From: a virus
DNA length: 64,000 nucleotides
IMG/VR virus record: IMGVR_UViG_3300031950_000001
Location: 32,001-96,000 of that record
Strand: one strand, 5' to 3'
A program made the translations under genes and the position numbers. The notes under the pieces are model-generated. The model ran no database searches. It saw only the letters and a list, made by a program, of their open reading frames with translations, and had not been told where the DNA came from. Of the stretch, positions 25,578-35,584 are shown piece after piece (the first letter of the stretch is position 1; every line of letters starts with the position of its first letter).

Positions 25578-26540
25578 ATGGCAGATACTGTGGTCCAAAC
25601 CGGTGATCCCATTAAGGATTATCGACTTTTGAATGAAGCCTTGTTTAACCAACTGATGGGCGATCCTTATGAGAAGGCTGCCGCCCAGCAGGATCTGGAT
25701 AACTTCGTTCGGTTGATGGCTCGTGAAACCGGCGTTCAACGGCGCTTCCTGCCGTTCGTGCCGATCACCTCGGATCAACTCCATCCGCAAGTCAGCACGG
25801 ACGTTCCGGCAATCGTGCTGTTCAAAGAACCGAACAGCCCTGGCGCCGTGAGTATCGGTTACAATACGAACTCCAGCCAATGGTTCATCCATGGCGATCG
25901 GTACTTACTGACCTTCGCCCGTATCAAAAGCCCGACCTTCATGGGCGACAAGAGCCTCTTGAGCACCTATCAATACGATATCCGTCAAGTGATTGCCGAC
26001 CAAGCTGTCCTTGACGTCATGGCCCAAGAGGACTCTCGCTTCTTTGCCGCCGTGAATACGGTGCTTGGCAACACCGTTAACGGCGCAAGCCCGATGACGG
26101 GTGTTGTCCAGTACGTCGGGTATTCAGGCGGGCTGAACCGTGAAACCTTCGTGAGCTCGCTGCAGATTCTGCCCAGCACCCCCGCCCACTTCGAAACCCA
26201 GACGATTGTGATCAACAACGTTACCGCTAAAGAAATCCGTAAGTGGGACTTCATGGAAATGGGTGGTCAGCGGAGCCAGGAAGTGCTGCTGGGTGGTAAC
26301 CTGTATGATCAGTTCGAGGATATCAAATGGGTTATCACGATTAAGCGCCATCTGGTTCCCGATAACGAATGCTACCTGTTTGCGGATCCGCGAGGCCTCG
26401 GCAAGGCTTATAGCCGCGAAGAACTCACCATGTATGTCGAAGCCAAGGCTTGGCAGATTCTGTGGTTCTCCTATGAAGAAGTTGGCGCGGCGATCGTGAA
26501 CGGCTACTCCGTGGCCCGCGCGAAGTTCAATCATACGTAA
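25578..26540 (+). CDS. Major capsid protein (probable HK97 fold)
   Basis: 320 aa, strong RBS, codon usage suggesting high expression, canonical position. Has an ED..FF spine-helix-like segment and C-terminal YEEVGAAIVN...V. Confidence 0.75.
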   Translation: MADTVVQTGDPIKDYRLLNEALFNQLMGDPYEKAAAQQDLDNFVRLMARETGVQRRFLPFVPITSDQLHPQVSTDVPAIVLFKEPNSPGAVSIGYNTNSSQWFIHGDRYLLTFARIKSPTFMGDKSLLSTYQYDIRQVIADQAVLDVMAQEDSRFFAAVNTVLGNTVNGASPMTGVVQYVGYSGGLNRETFVSSLQILPSTPAHFETQTIVINNVTAKEIRKWDFMEMGGQRSQEVLLGGNLYDQFEDIKWVITIKRHLVPDNECYLFADPRGLGKAYSREELTMYVEAKAWQILWFSYEEVGAAIVNGYSVARAKFNHT

Positions 26541-26583
26541 TCTCCGTAAAATTCTGAGAAATTGATGTTCGAGGAGAGATAGT

Positions 26584-26850
26584 ATGCCCAGCCAAGAAAA
26601 GATTGCTCAAGCGTTGGGATATATCGAGCAGAACTATGCGGTGCCTGCGTACCTCCGTAGGCTTGCTGAACTCGGTATTATCCCTGAAAACCAAGCGGAA
26701 GTGAATCTCTTGGTTAAGATGGGAGAAGAGGCCGGCGAGCTCTTGCGGAAGTACGGCAACGCCGAAATGGAAAAGTCCGCAGCGGATGAATCCGCCTCGG
26801 TTGACCCTTATCTTTTAGATGCCGTTAAGACCATCTTTGGCCGAGATTAA
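26584..26850 (+). CDS. Small hypothetical head-associated protein
   Basis: GAGGAG RBS, with KIA and KSA. Confidence 0.7.
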   Translation: MPSQEKIAQALGYIEQNYAVPAYLRRLAELGIIPENQAEVNLLVKMGEEAGELLRKYGNAEMEKSAADESASVDPYLLDAVKTIFGRD

Positions 26851-26855
26851 CAAAT

Positions 26856-27074
26856 ATGAAAGCCTTTAAGGTACTCCGCGAAGGTGGTGTCCGTATTAAT
26901 GGTCGCTATTTCCCGAAAGATGCCATTGTAACGGGAGATAGCTTAGTCGAAGCCTTTGTCAGATATCCGGGCGGGCTTCTTCGTCGTAATAAACGACGTC
27001 TTGATAAAGTTAAAGCTCTTCTCGAGCAGCTTGAACAAAGCGGCGCAATTACGATTGAAGATGTCGAAGGATAG
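26856..27074 (+). CDS. Small hypothetical protein
   Basis: 72-aa ORF tightly packed in the operon. Confidence 0.65.
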   Translation: MKAFKVLREGGVRINGRYFPKDAIVTGDSLVEAFVRYPGGLLRRNKRRLDKVKALLEQLEQSGAITIEDVEG

Positions 27075-27080
27075 CCAATC

Positions 27081-27569
27081 ATGGCCAAAAAATTAACCGT
27101 TAATAAACCGCTCGATCTTTTTGGTGAGCTTAAATTAGGATCGGGCGACTCTTTTGTTGCTCCGACACGGGAAGCGCTCTATGCGTTACTTGGAGCGTTA
27201 ACGCGCAGCGTTAAACAACTTGGACGTGCTCTTACAGCATTCCAAAAGACGTTAGACACATTAATGTCGGCAGGTGCGATCACCGAGACAAGTTACATGT
27301 TCGAGCCTAATTTTGAGCAGGAACCGCTTTGGGTTGTTGTAGATTGCACGACTTTAGACAAAGTTTATTTGCCGAATGTAGAAGATCTTGCGACATATAG
27401 CGACCGAATTGTGAAACTTACCTCAGAAGATGGTAGCCATAGTTTCTGTGGGCTTGTGACGCAAAGCCAATCGTACGATACTGTTGATGAGCGCCGATAT
27501 ATCGTAGCTCAGCAATTTGAGAGCTGCCATGAGTGCGTGAATGCATCGAATAGTTCTTCGAAATCGTGA
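27081..27569 (+). CDS. Hypothetical protein
   Basis: 162 aa with C-terminal CxxC and a Ser-rich end. Confidence 0.7.
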   Translation: MAKKLTVNKPLDLFGELKLGSGDSFVAPTREALYALLGALTRSVKQLGRALTAFQKTLDTLMSAGAITETSYMFEPNFEQEPLWVVVDCTTLDKVYLPNVEDLATYSDRIVKLTSEDGSHSFCGLVTQSQSYDTVDERRYIVAQQFESCHECVNASNSSSKS

Positions 27570-27623
27570 TCAGATAATGACGAGTGTTTAGACGACCCGC
27601 GATGCCATTTCTAAATTAAAACG

Positions 27624-27662
27624 GGCCGCGTTTCTCGCAAGGGAGACGCGGCCTTTCTTGTT
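27624..27662 (+). terminator. Intrinsic terminator after the capsid operon
   Basis: GGCCGCGTTTCTC-GCAA-GGGAGACGCGGCC followed by TTTCTTGTT. Confidence 0.8.
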
Positions 27663-27794
27663 CAAAAAAAGCAAACGGACGCGACGTTCGGTCGTGAAGC
27701 TTGAAGACCTTGTTTCCGTCTACAAAATGTAGTAGCATTGAAATATGGGCGAAAATCGTGTCTTTGTACATAGTTACCAGATGGAGTCGTCGCC

Positions 27795-28562
27795 ATGCCT
27801 AAAATTACCGATCTTAATGTGCTTCCACGTGCCGAACTCAGCTCCAGCGACAAACTGGAAGTTGTTGACGTCAGTGATCATACAATGGCCCCTACGGGGA
27901 CGAATAAGACCATTACGGCCGGAAGCCTTGTAGGAGAACTATTAAACGCCGTTCCAGGCACGATTGTCGCCAATGCGGCGGTTGTAGCCAATTCGTCTGG
28001 TCAGATTGCCCCTGGGGTGGGGCAGACGCAACTTACGACGCTTGCTGTCGAACCAGGCGCCTGGACTTCCGGGAAGGCGCTTGTTGTTGATACAAACGGC
28101 AAGCTGAATTCCGTAAGCTCAAGCCAGTTTCAGACGCTTAACGTTACGGCGGGGTCGTGGACAGCGGGGAAGGCACTCGTTGTTGCAGCAGACGGTAAAA
28201 TAAATTCCGTTTCGTCGAGTCAGTTCCAGGCTCTAAACACAACTCCGGGAGATATTGCGCCAAATAAAGCCGTTGTTCCCGATTCGTACGGTTCGATGGC
28301 ATCGTCGACCGTAAGCATTAACACCGGGAATCCCGGAAGCATTGAGATTTTAAAAGGCGGAACATCGGTTGTTATTACAGGCGATACGATCACCATCGCG
28401 GACGGCACGTCTTCGATCACGGTCACGAAATCTTCGTTTGTAGGGTCTGGATCGCCGCTTATTGTTAAGTGGCAAGGGCTTCCAACCTCCGAAGTCGGTC
28501 TTGAGAATTATCAGCTTTGGATCGATGAGTTGGGCTATCTCAGGATGAAGCTACCCACCTAA
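27795..28562 (+). CDS. Fibre/whisker-like virion protein
   Basis: MPKITDL N-terminus and 27-aa repeats (GxWTxGKALVV...GK.NSVSSSQFQ). Confidence 0.65.
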   Translation: MPKITDLNVLPRAELSSSDKLEVVDVSDHTMAPTGTNKTITAGSLVGELLNAVPGTIVANAAVVANSSGQIAPGVGQTQLTTLAVEPGAWTSGKALVVDTNGKLNSVSSSQFQTLNVTAGSWTAGKALVVAADGKINSVSSSQFQALNTTPGDIAPNKAVVPDSYGSMASSTVSINTGNPGSIEILKGGTSVVITGDTITIADGTSSITVTKSSFVGSGSPLIVKWQGLPTSEVGLENYQLWIDELGYLRMKLPT

Positions 28563-28564
28563 TT

Positions 28565-28582
28565 TTTGATTCCGGAATCAAA
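28565..28582. repeat. Dispersed palindrome TTTGATTCCGGAATCAAA
   Basis: Exact copy immediately after a stop codon. Confidence 0.95.
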
Positions 28583-28638
28583 AATTTCGTAATCGCGTCT
28601 CGACCTCTCTACTATCGCCAATTCCGGAAGCCGAATCT

Positions 28639-28842
28639 ATGAGCATCATAGAGACGCTCAAACGGGCCTTAGACGGCAAAGAGTTTTGGCTACTCGATAT
28701 GTCCAAAGTAGCCGACGACAGGGTTCATCTTGCGAATATTCTTCATCAATTAGAGCTTTCTAAGACCGACGATATGGAGCGGAAGCAGCTGTTCGATCTG
28801 CTCTATATCATTTTCGCCGAAGACCCGTTCCGCAGGAAATAA
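28639..28842 (+). CDS. Small hypothetical protein
   Basis: 67-aa ORF coupled to the next gene. Confidence 0.6.
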   Translation: MSIIETLKRALDGKEFWLLDMSKVADDRVHLANILHQLELSKTDDMERKQLFDLLYIIFAEDPFRRK

Positions 28843-28845
28843 ACG

Positions 28846-29664
28846 ATGGCCACTATTCGTGAAGAGATTCCTCAATTCTTAGGGCAGCCGGTTTACTCCA
28901 AAAAGACTGCCTTCCATACCAAGGCAGGTATGGATGCGCCGCTGGAAGCTGTAATACGCGATGATAACGGTAATCCTATCAACCTTGGCCACTCCGGGCC
29001 TTACGGACAGGCCAGTTTAAAAGCCTATTTCCAAGAGGGAAGCCAGCCGGATTGGTTTCCCGATTCTTCCGATGTTACGATCATCGATCGCGATGGCGGA
29101 AGAATTTCTTTTTCGCTTCTCGATCAAGTCAAGAACGTTCCGGGTATCTATAATGTTCTCGTAAAAATCTTCGATAAAGACGACAAGTGGGTCGATTCCC
29201 GGGAATACTTTGTTTATATCGATCCTTCGCCCGATCAGAAACAAAGTACCGAATTCCCCCCGATATCGCGTGTTCGGCTAGCCCTATTTGACACAAGCCC
29301 AATCGAAAATGAGCTCCTTGGCCAGAAGCAGTTTAATCTGACCGATATCTGTATTGCGGCCATCGAAGCCGTTGATGAATGGAATACATCTCCTCCGTTT
29401 ACCCCGCGGCTTATGGTTACTACGAATTCTATTTGGGACTGCTGCAATTTTATTACCGGGGTCAAGCTAAAGCTCTATTCCATGCTTGTCGAGCATTATC
29501 GAAAGAATAGTCTTGCATACCAAGCCGCCGGCATTGCCATTAACGATAGCAAGCTTCAAGAATATAGTGTGGCGTTAGCTGAGGCGCAGCGTAAGTATCT
29601 CGAAGAAGTGATGCGTCTGAAGTATCATCGCAATATGATGAATACCTTCCGCATTATTCCATGA
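28846..29664 (+). CDS. Probable head-tail adaptor (neck) protein
   Basis: Ig-like N-half and helical C-half (D..P.EN.LL...F, WNTSPP, L.YQA.GI.IND). Position after the head genes. Confidence 0.55.
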   Translation: MATIREEIPQFLGQPVYSKKTAFHTKAGMDAPLEAVIRDDNGNPINLGHSGPYGQASLKAYFQEGSQPDWFPDSSDVTIIDRDGGRISFSLLDQVKNVPGIYNVLVKIFDKDDKWVDSREYFVYIDPSPDQKQSTEFPPISRVRLALFDTSPIENELLGQKQFNLTDICIAAIEAVDEWNTSPPFTPRLMVTTNSIWDCCNFITGVKLKLYSMLVEHYRKNSLAYQAAGIAINDSKLQEYSVALAEAQRKYLEEVMRLKYHRNMMNTFRIIP

Positions 29665-29676
29665 GACGGAGACGCC

Positions 29677-30951
29677 ATGCTCGTCAAACAAGCTGCCCGA
29701 AAGCTTATAAAAGCCGTTGGCAATATTGCTGCCGAAGATTTGTCGAAGGCAAAGACGAGGGCCGAAGCTCGAAAGCGGCTTCGCGAATTAAGAATTGCCC
29801 TTACATACGGTAAAAGGCCTGTCGAGGTTGCGGCGATCAATATGGTCTTGGATCTTTTCCGAGACATCGTGGATAAATTAGACCCAACCTACATTCGAGA
29901 ATGGTGGGAGGAAACGGAGAAACAATTCCAGGAAGAACAAGAAGAGATGGCGCAATCGGTAGATGTTAAAGAACTGGCCGAACAGCTGCCGGACTATGCC
30001 GCTGCGCCGATAAAGCGATTGGACGACATATGGGCGCGGGTTTATCTGACACATGGTGATGAGCGTCTTATTGACGCATATTTTGTTAAGAAAAGCAAGG
30101 GCAAATATGAAGTCAATCCCAGAGTCAAACAGGCTTTTGCCCATCTGTTGAAGAATTTCGGCTCTAATATCGACAAACTCTATATGGAGGCCACTGGGGT
30201 CGGCCGCGTGATGGGCTTTTTCCAGCGGATTAAAGACGAGCCCATTATTGCGCTCGCACCGACTAAAGGTGTTGCCTTGTTGCAGACGTTGTACCACGAG
30301 CTCGTACACGCTACTGCGCCAAAGTACCTACTCGAATTGCAAAAGCATCCGCATACCAGCACGTTGACTCGAAGCCGAATCAGGCTAATCAATGAAATTT
30401 CTTCCGAAATTGCGACGAGAGCCTTTAATGACTGGGTTCAAGAAAACTATACGCCGGAAGTGCTAGTCGCGATTAAAAACGGCGTCCTCCCAGTGCCCGA
30501 TACGCCAAAATGGAAGGAGTTTGTGAAACGACACAATATCCAGATCGAACCTCCTGCGATACCTCGGCATCCTATTGAAATACTTGCAGGAACCGAAGAG
30601 TCCGAACCGCTTGTTGAAGAGCTTGCCGGGTACAAAGGCGTTGGGCCTATTCGTCGTACGTTATATCGAATTTGGGACGTTCTATATGGGCCGTCATATT
30701 ATCTAGGAGGCTACAAAGTGGGTGCAGTGCAGCCGAATAAAGCCGATCCTCGGGTTGCGCCGGGAGGCATCAATCCTCCTCCTCCTCCTGGTGCGCAATC
30801 GCCGCTTCAACGGGCGCCTACCAATCAGCCTAATAACCCGACACTTGCGAAATGGATGCTCGTTATTAATACGATGAAGAAAATATTGCAGTCGTTACAG
30901 CAGAACACGCCCGGTACGCCGCAAGCACCATCGACTCCAAATGTGGCCTAA
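29677..30951 (+). CDS. Putative zinc metallopeptidase-domain protein
   Basis: LYHELVHA with a downstream NE...E (gluzincin-like), and N-terminal KQA. Confidence 0.6.
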   Translation: MLVKQAARKLIKAVGNIAAEDLSKAKTRAEARKRLRELRIALTYGKRPVEVAAINMVLDLFRDIVDKLDPTYIREWWEETEKQFQEEQEEMAQSVDVKELAEQLPDYAAAPIKRLDDIWARVYLTHGDERLIDAYFVKKSKGKYEVNPRVKQAFAHLLKNFGSNIDKLYMEATGVGRVMGFFQRIKDEPIIALAPTKGVALLQTLYHELVHATAPKYLLELQKHPHTSTLTRSRIRLINEISSEIATRAFNDWVQENYTPEVLVAIKNGVLPVPDTPKWKEFVKRHNIQIEPPAIPRHPIEILAGTEESEPLVEELAGYKGVGPIRRTLYRIWDVLYGPSYYLGGYKVGAVQPNKADPRVAPGGINPPPPPGAQSPLQRAPTNQPNNPTLAKWMLVINTMKKILQSLQQNTPGTPQAPSTPNVA

Positions 30952-31750
30952 TATCCCTCCAAATACACCACCCTTTAAATGGGTCGTCTGCGAAACAGAG
31001 ACAGGATATTGGACAATATCCTGGGACTTAGAGGGACCGTTTTCTGATCCAACACCTTGGAACTTTCAAGTCCAGATCAACAATCTCAATAGTCAAGATA
31101 ACGCTTGGGAAAACATCGGCGATCCTATCCAAGATGGCAACTTCGTTAGGATCGAACAAGGACGGCATTATATTCCGAACGTTACCCCACTGTTTAGGGT
31201 CGTCCTAACCACCCCTTCAGGCCAATACATATCCGGAGCAGTCGCCTCGCTTGGGGAGCTTACCTGGCGTCAGCGTTATATTGCAAAAAAGCTTTATCGA
31301 TTGCTTCGTTTAGAGCGTCCTTCGATGCCTCGAATTCGAGGCCAACTGTTACATCGTCGAATTGTCGGTCAGCCGTGCACATGTTCTGCGGCGGCAGCCT
31401 CCATTAAATCTGCCGTCGATAGCAAATGCCGAATCTGCTTTGGTACGGGGATTGTAGGCGGATTTTGGCGTCCTGCCGATTCTCCGGTGATTTTCATCGG
31501 AGGCCAGCAGATTGCAGCCAAGATGGATCCAAAACTGGGTACGGTAGTAAGCGCGGTTAAGCAAGGGCTTTTTGTCGGCCTTCCTTTTGTTTATCCGAGG
31601 GATGTCTGGGTAGACAGCGTATCCAAGATGAGATATCTTATACGAGAAGCCAACATTACGGCCGAACTTAATGGTATTCCCGTTGTCATTCAGGCCGGAA
31701 TGAGCCTTATTCCGCCCGATAATCCTATTTACGACCTGAAGGTTGCGTAA
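30941..31750 (+). CDS. Probable head-closure/neck protein with Zn-binding insert
   Basis: CxC...CxxCxGTGxxGG motif and DVWVD....RY. Neck-region position. Confidence 0.55.
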   Translation: MWPNIPPNTPPFKWVVCETETGYWTISWDLEGPFSDPTPWNFQVQINNLNSQDNAWENIGDPIQDGNFVRIEQGRHYIPNVTPLFRVVLTTPSGQYISGAVASLGELTWRQRYIAKKLYRLLRLERPSMPRIRGQLLHRRIVGQPCTCSAAAASIKSAVDSKCRICFGTGIVGGFWRPADSPVIFIGGQQIAAKMDPKLGTVVSAVKQGLFVGLPFVYPRDVWVDSVSKMRYLIREANITAELNGIPVVIQAGMSLIPPDNPIYDLKVA

Positions 31751-32332
31751 ATGTCCGAAGACCCTTTTGTCGTAATTCCGTACGAAGAGGTTTGTCGAAA
31801 CGGTCCTTCGCCGTTGTATTTTGATCGGGTCCTAAAGGAACTGCTGGCAGAGCATTTTTCCGATTCGACACGAATCATTTCTCCTTATTTGCGAAATAAA
31901 ATCTACTCGCCGGATTACACCGAGACGCAACTTAGAATCGAACCTTATTATGTATGGACGCCTGAATCAGCCGATCAGACCCCGGCCATCATTCTTACCC
32001 GCGGTGACTGGACTCCGGCACTGAATAAACTGATGGGCGGATACACCATCGTCAGTGATAGCGAAGCTGTAGCACCGATGTTATGGCAAGGAAGCCATAT
32101 TTTGAATTGTGTGTCTTCTGTTCCTATTGAGTCGGCGGAACTGGCGTTTGAAGTTGCGAATTTCTTTATTTCCATGCGTCGTCCCATTGAACGACGCTTG
32201 GCTGTCGCAAGGCTTCTTGTGGCCAAACTCACCGGTACCATGCCGTCGCAGCATGTTGCGGAATTGTGGGAAACGACAATTGCCGTTGTTTATGACTTTG
32301 AAAAATCCTTTGTCGTCACCAAGACGACCTAA
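31751..32332 (+). CDS. Probable tail terminator/completion protein
   Basis: 193 aa, PAIILxRG motif, position before the tube-like gene. Confidence 0.5.
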   Translation: MSEDPFVVIPYEEVCRNGPSPLYFDRVLKELLAEHFSDSTRIISPYLRNKIYSPDYTETQLRIEPYYVWTPESADQTPAIILTRGDWTPALNKLMGGYTIVSDSEAVAPMLWQGSHILNCVSSVPIESAELAFEVANFFISMRRPIERRLAVARLLVAKLTGTMPSQHVAELWETTIAVVYDFEKSFVVTKTT

Positions 32333-32344
32333 TGGAGAGCCGCC

Positions 32345-32842
32345 ATGACCACCAAGATTAATGTTTTTGATGCCAATCCGACGCTCGACGCCGTATATAC
32401 GATAGGTCATGCGACCGTTAAGGTTTATGGCGACAATAATCAGCTTATTGCAGAGCCGATGGCTGTGCTGCAGGTTAAGTATGGCTTTTCGGCACAAGTA
32501 TCGCCGGTCTATGATCTTGTAACCGGCAATATGATTCTTATTCGCGGTGTCCCGATAGGTGAAATCAGCCTCGATGGTATTATTGGCGGGACGCACGCCA
32601 TTACCGCATTCTTGCAAGGACTGTCCAAGGCATGCAATGGAGGCGGCAAAATCGAGATCGAGGTGAAAACTGCGTGCGAAAACAATCCTCAGCCGATCAC
32701 GATTCGATTTTCATCGGCGATTATCAAGCTTATCGGCGGAACGATCTCGGCAAATGCGCCTGCACTGATGACATCCGTTTCGATCCAGTGCTTCAATATG
32801 GAAATCGAAACGGGCAGTAGCGGAAGTAGTAGTGGCAGTTAA
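32345..32842 (+). CDS. Tail tube-like protein
   Basis: 165-aa beta protein with the Q.V.PVYDL...G.P.G.ISL..IIG pattern. Confidence 0.55.
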   Translation: MTTKINVFDANPTLDAVYTIGHATVKVYGDNNQLIAEPMAVLQVKYGFSAQVSPVYDLVTGNMILIRGVPIGEISLDGIIGGTHAITAFLQGLSKACNGGGKIEIEVKTACENNPQPITIRFSSAIIKLIGGTISANAPALMTSVSIQCFNMEIETGSSGSSSGS

Positions 32843-32871
32843 ACAAAATTGAAAAAAGTGGAAGATCAACA

Positions 32872-35496
32872 ATGAGTGCAAAGGCAGATCCTGAACAGCT
32901 TAGACAGATTCCGGCTCCGCAGCCACGACAGCATCAAACAGAGGCAGATATTGGCGGACCGCGCCCGGATCCGACGCATATAACGACAACAATGCCTATA
33001 ACCCAGGGCACGATTAAAGCCGGCAGGGTCGTAGGCATGTCGCCTTACTTGCAAGTTTATAAAGTTATTACTGGCGACGGGCTACCTGTTCTAGCCACGC
33101 CTTTACGTGTAGGCGGTCCAGGCCAATTCGGAACGGTTTCAACGCCGACGTATACTCCCGGCGATTATGTGTTGCTTCTTGTCCATCCCGGGTATCCGCA
33201 CGCCTTTATTGTCGGCGCCATGCCGCTTTCCCGCGTAGGTCCGGTTCCTGTTCCAGATAAGGTATCCCTTATCGGATGTGACTTTTATCATTCCGTCTGG
33301 GCTCCGGTAGCGACATTGTTGGGCTATCCGGACTTCTCAGGACGAACGTTTGCGGATGCCTGTGGACTCGAACAAGGTTTTACTGCAAATGGGATGGCGT
33401 TTACGATTGACCCGTTTTTAGCGCAGCTTCGTTACGACGAAGCAACGGGCCTGTTTGTTTTTGCAATGGACCGCACGGTCCGGATCAGCGGCAGGACATA
33501 TGAAGAGAGATCGGCAGCGCATGAGAAGACAGGATGGGCAGCATCCAATCTTATGTGTTTGTACGAAGGAGTTAATCTAAAGAGGCACGAACTACTTGGT
33601 TATTATTATACAGGGCTGGATCCACGCACGAGCAGGCCTACCGATGAGATTTGGGCTGCAGCAACGGATTGTGCGGATTATGGACAATTTCCTTTCCATC
33701 GTTTGCAGGAATATAAGGGCGCGCTTGGCTTCTTTAAGCGGACATTTCTAGTGGGCCTGCCGATCGAAAAGCTAGATGCTTATCATGCCTTTGAAGGCAA
33801 AAAAGACAGTCGCAGCAGTAGTAGCAGTAGCAGTGGTGATGATAACGGTAGTTCGAGCGGCGACGAGGAAAAAGAAATAGGCTATGTAGGGCTCTATGAC
33901 GAACAGTTGGGTATTGATGGCTATTATTGTGTTCGGTCGTCGGCCGGTTTCGGCTGGATAAAGACGCCCATTATTTCTGCGCCACGTCGGAAGAAGCGAA
34001 TAAATGATACCGGTCTTCAATTGAATGATCCTGTTCGTTCGTGGCCACACGACACACAGACAGGCAATTTTAAAGCCGTATCGTATGCCTTGACTACTTG
34101 GGATGTATTGCTTCATTCTTTTGTCTGGTTTGGATCGCAGAAGTTTATAAATGGAGATGACTTTGTCTGCGCTAATGAGAAAGATTATTTTGAAAAAGTC
34201 TATCAAAATCAGAGATGGGACCGTGTAATGAGTCTAAAAGGATTAGACGAGCTGCAAAGTGGCAAGTTTATGCCGCCGCCGGACAAAGCCGATCTTAATA
34301 TTTTGGGATTAAATGATGGTAAGGTTTTCAATAGCGTAGCCTACATCGCAATTCTTCCGGACGGGTCCATCACGATCGGTGATGGTTATGGCGGCGAAAT
34401 TGCGATGACCGGCGGCAAAATATTCATCGACGCGCCGGGCGGAGTATTCTTAAGATCGGGACGGGAAGTCTGTGTCCTTGCAGGAAGCGATTTTATTGCC
34501 ACGGCCGACCGAAGTATTGATATACAAGCCAAAAAAGATACACGGCTGGCAGCTAAACACAATCTTCATCTAGCCGGAGCTCTCGACGGTGGTGCTCATG
34601 GCGTGCTGATCGAGAGCCGAAGTACGGCTGATGATCCGAGTTGGTTTTTTAGTAACGACCCCGAAGCCTTGGGTGAGAACACGACCATCGGCGGTATTCG
34701 ATTGGTATGTCCGCAGCATGTAATAGCCGGTTATGCTGCGGGTGTACATATGGTTGCGCATGGATCGGGATATGGCGGAGGCGAAATCCGACTGGAAGCC
34801 TGCCGTCCCGCTCCAGGACAACCAAATGGTCATATTGTTCTGGTTGGAGATAGCGTCAATCATCATGTCGATTGTGCTGTTGTCTTTCGATATCCGGCCT
34901 ATCGGCAGGACGATGCAGATCCCACGGTTTATTTCGCGGCAAAAGATCATTTCATCGTTCCGGTTAAGCAAATTGGGACTGAAATCCAATGCAATCGCGT
35001 CGATCAATCCGGGTTTGATCAAGCCAGGTATAATGACGTAGTTACAACCGTTACAAGCACGATCTCTGCCCTGCATCCTAATAGTTTTGCAAACGACATA
35101 CCGACGACTTCGTACTGTTTCACCTTCAGGTCCGTCAATCAGATGTGTACAAAATGCATTGAGCTTATAAAGCCAAGATGGTATCGGCTTGCGTATCGGC
35201 TCGGCGAGACGTACGATAATATATTAAAAGAAAGTCACGCTCGAATTCGTCTGTTCGTACCAAAACCATGCGGGTCTTATCCTGGCTATGATCCAACCGG
35301 TCAAGCACGGCCAAAAGAGTATGATCAAGATAAGACCATTTTGGATGAGTACTATAATACGGCGGGACCTCCTCCAGAAATCATTGAGTCCCATGCGGAT
35401 ATACCTATTAGCATCAAACACGAGAACTCCATTGGCATCTATGGATTGCAGCCATGCTATCCGGACATGAGATGCGATCAGCCATCGTCCGGGTAA
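32872..35496 (+). CDS. Baseplate spike/hub-like protein (gp5/VgrG-like)
   Basis: N-terminal OB-fold-like YTPGDYVLL and beta-helix-like repeats (DGSITIGDGYGGEI.MTGG.I.I.APG). Poly-Ser linker. Confidence 0.55.
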   Translation: MSAKADPEQLRQIPAPQPRQHQTEADIGGPRPDPTHITTTMPITQGTIKAGRVVGMSPYLQVYKVITGDGLPVLATPLRVGGPGQFGTVSTPTYTPGDYVLLLVHPGYPHAFIVGAMPLSRVGPVPVPDKVSLIGCDFYHSVWAPVATLLGYPDFSGRTFADACGLEQGFTANGMAFTIDPFLAQLRYDEATGLFVFAMDRTVRISGRTYEERSAAHEKTGWAASNLMCLYEGVNLKRHELLGYYYTGLDPRTSRPTDEIWAAATDCADYGQFPFHRLQEYKGALGFFKRTFLVGLPIEKLDAYHAFEGKKDSRSSSSSSSGDDNGSSSGDEEKEIGYVGLYDEQLGIDGYYCVRSSAGFGWIKTPIISAPRRKKRINDTGLQLNDPVRSWPHDTQTGNFKAVSYALTTWDVLLHSFVWFGSQKFINGDDFVCANEKDYFEKVYQNQRWDRVMSLKGLDELQSGKFMPPPDKADLNILGLNDGKVFNSVAYIAILPDGSITIGDGYGGEIAMTGGKIFIDAPGGVFLRSGREVCVLAGSDFIATADRSIDIQAKKDTRLAAKHNLHLAGALDGGAHGVLIESRSTADDPSWFFSNDPEALGENTTIGGIRLVCPQHVIAGYAAGVHMVAHGSGYGGGEIRLEACRPAPGQPNGHIVLVGDSVNHHVDCAVVFRYPAYRQDDADPTVYFAAKDHFIVPVKQIGTEIQCNRVDQSGFDQARYNDVVTTVTSTISALHPNSFANDIPTTSYCFTFRSVNQMCTKCIELIKPRWYRLAYRLGETYDNILKESHARIRLFVPKPCGSYPGYDPTGQARPKEYDQDKTILDEYYNTAGPPPEIIESHADIPISIKHENSIGIYGLQPCYPDMRCDQPSSG

Positions 35497-35498
35497 AG

Positions 35499-35514
35499 TT
35501 GATTCCGGAATCAA
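35499..35514. repeat. Dispersed palindrome (16-bp core TTGATTCCGGAATCAA)
   Basis: Immediately after a stop codon. Confidence 0.92.
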
Positions 35515-35584
35515 ATTTCCTTAAAAACGTACATATTCTAGCGAAACGGTAATGTCGTTAGTCTGTCAAAAAGGGGACTATTCT

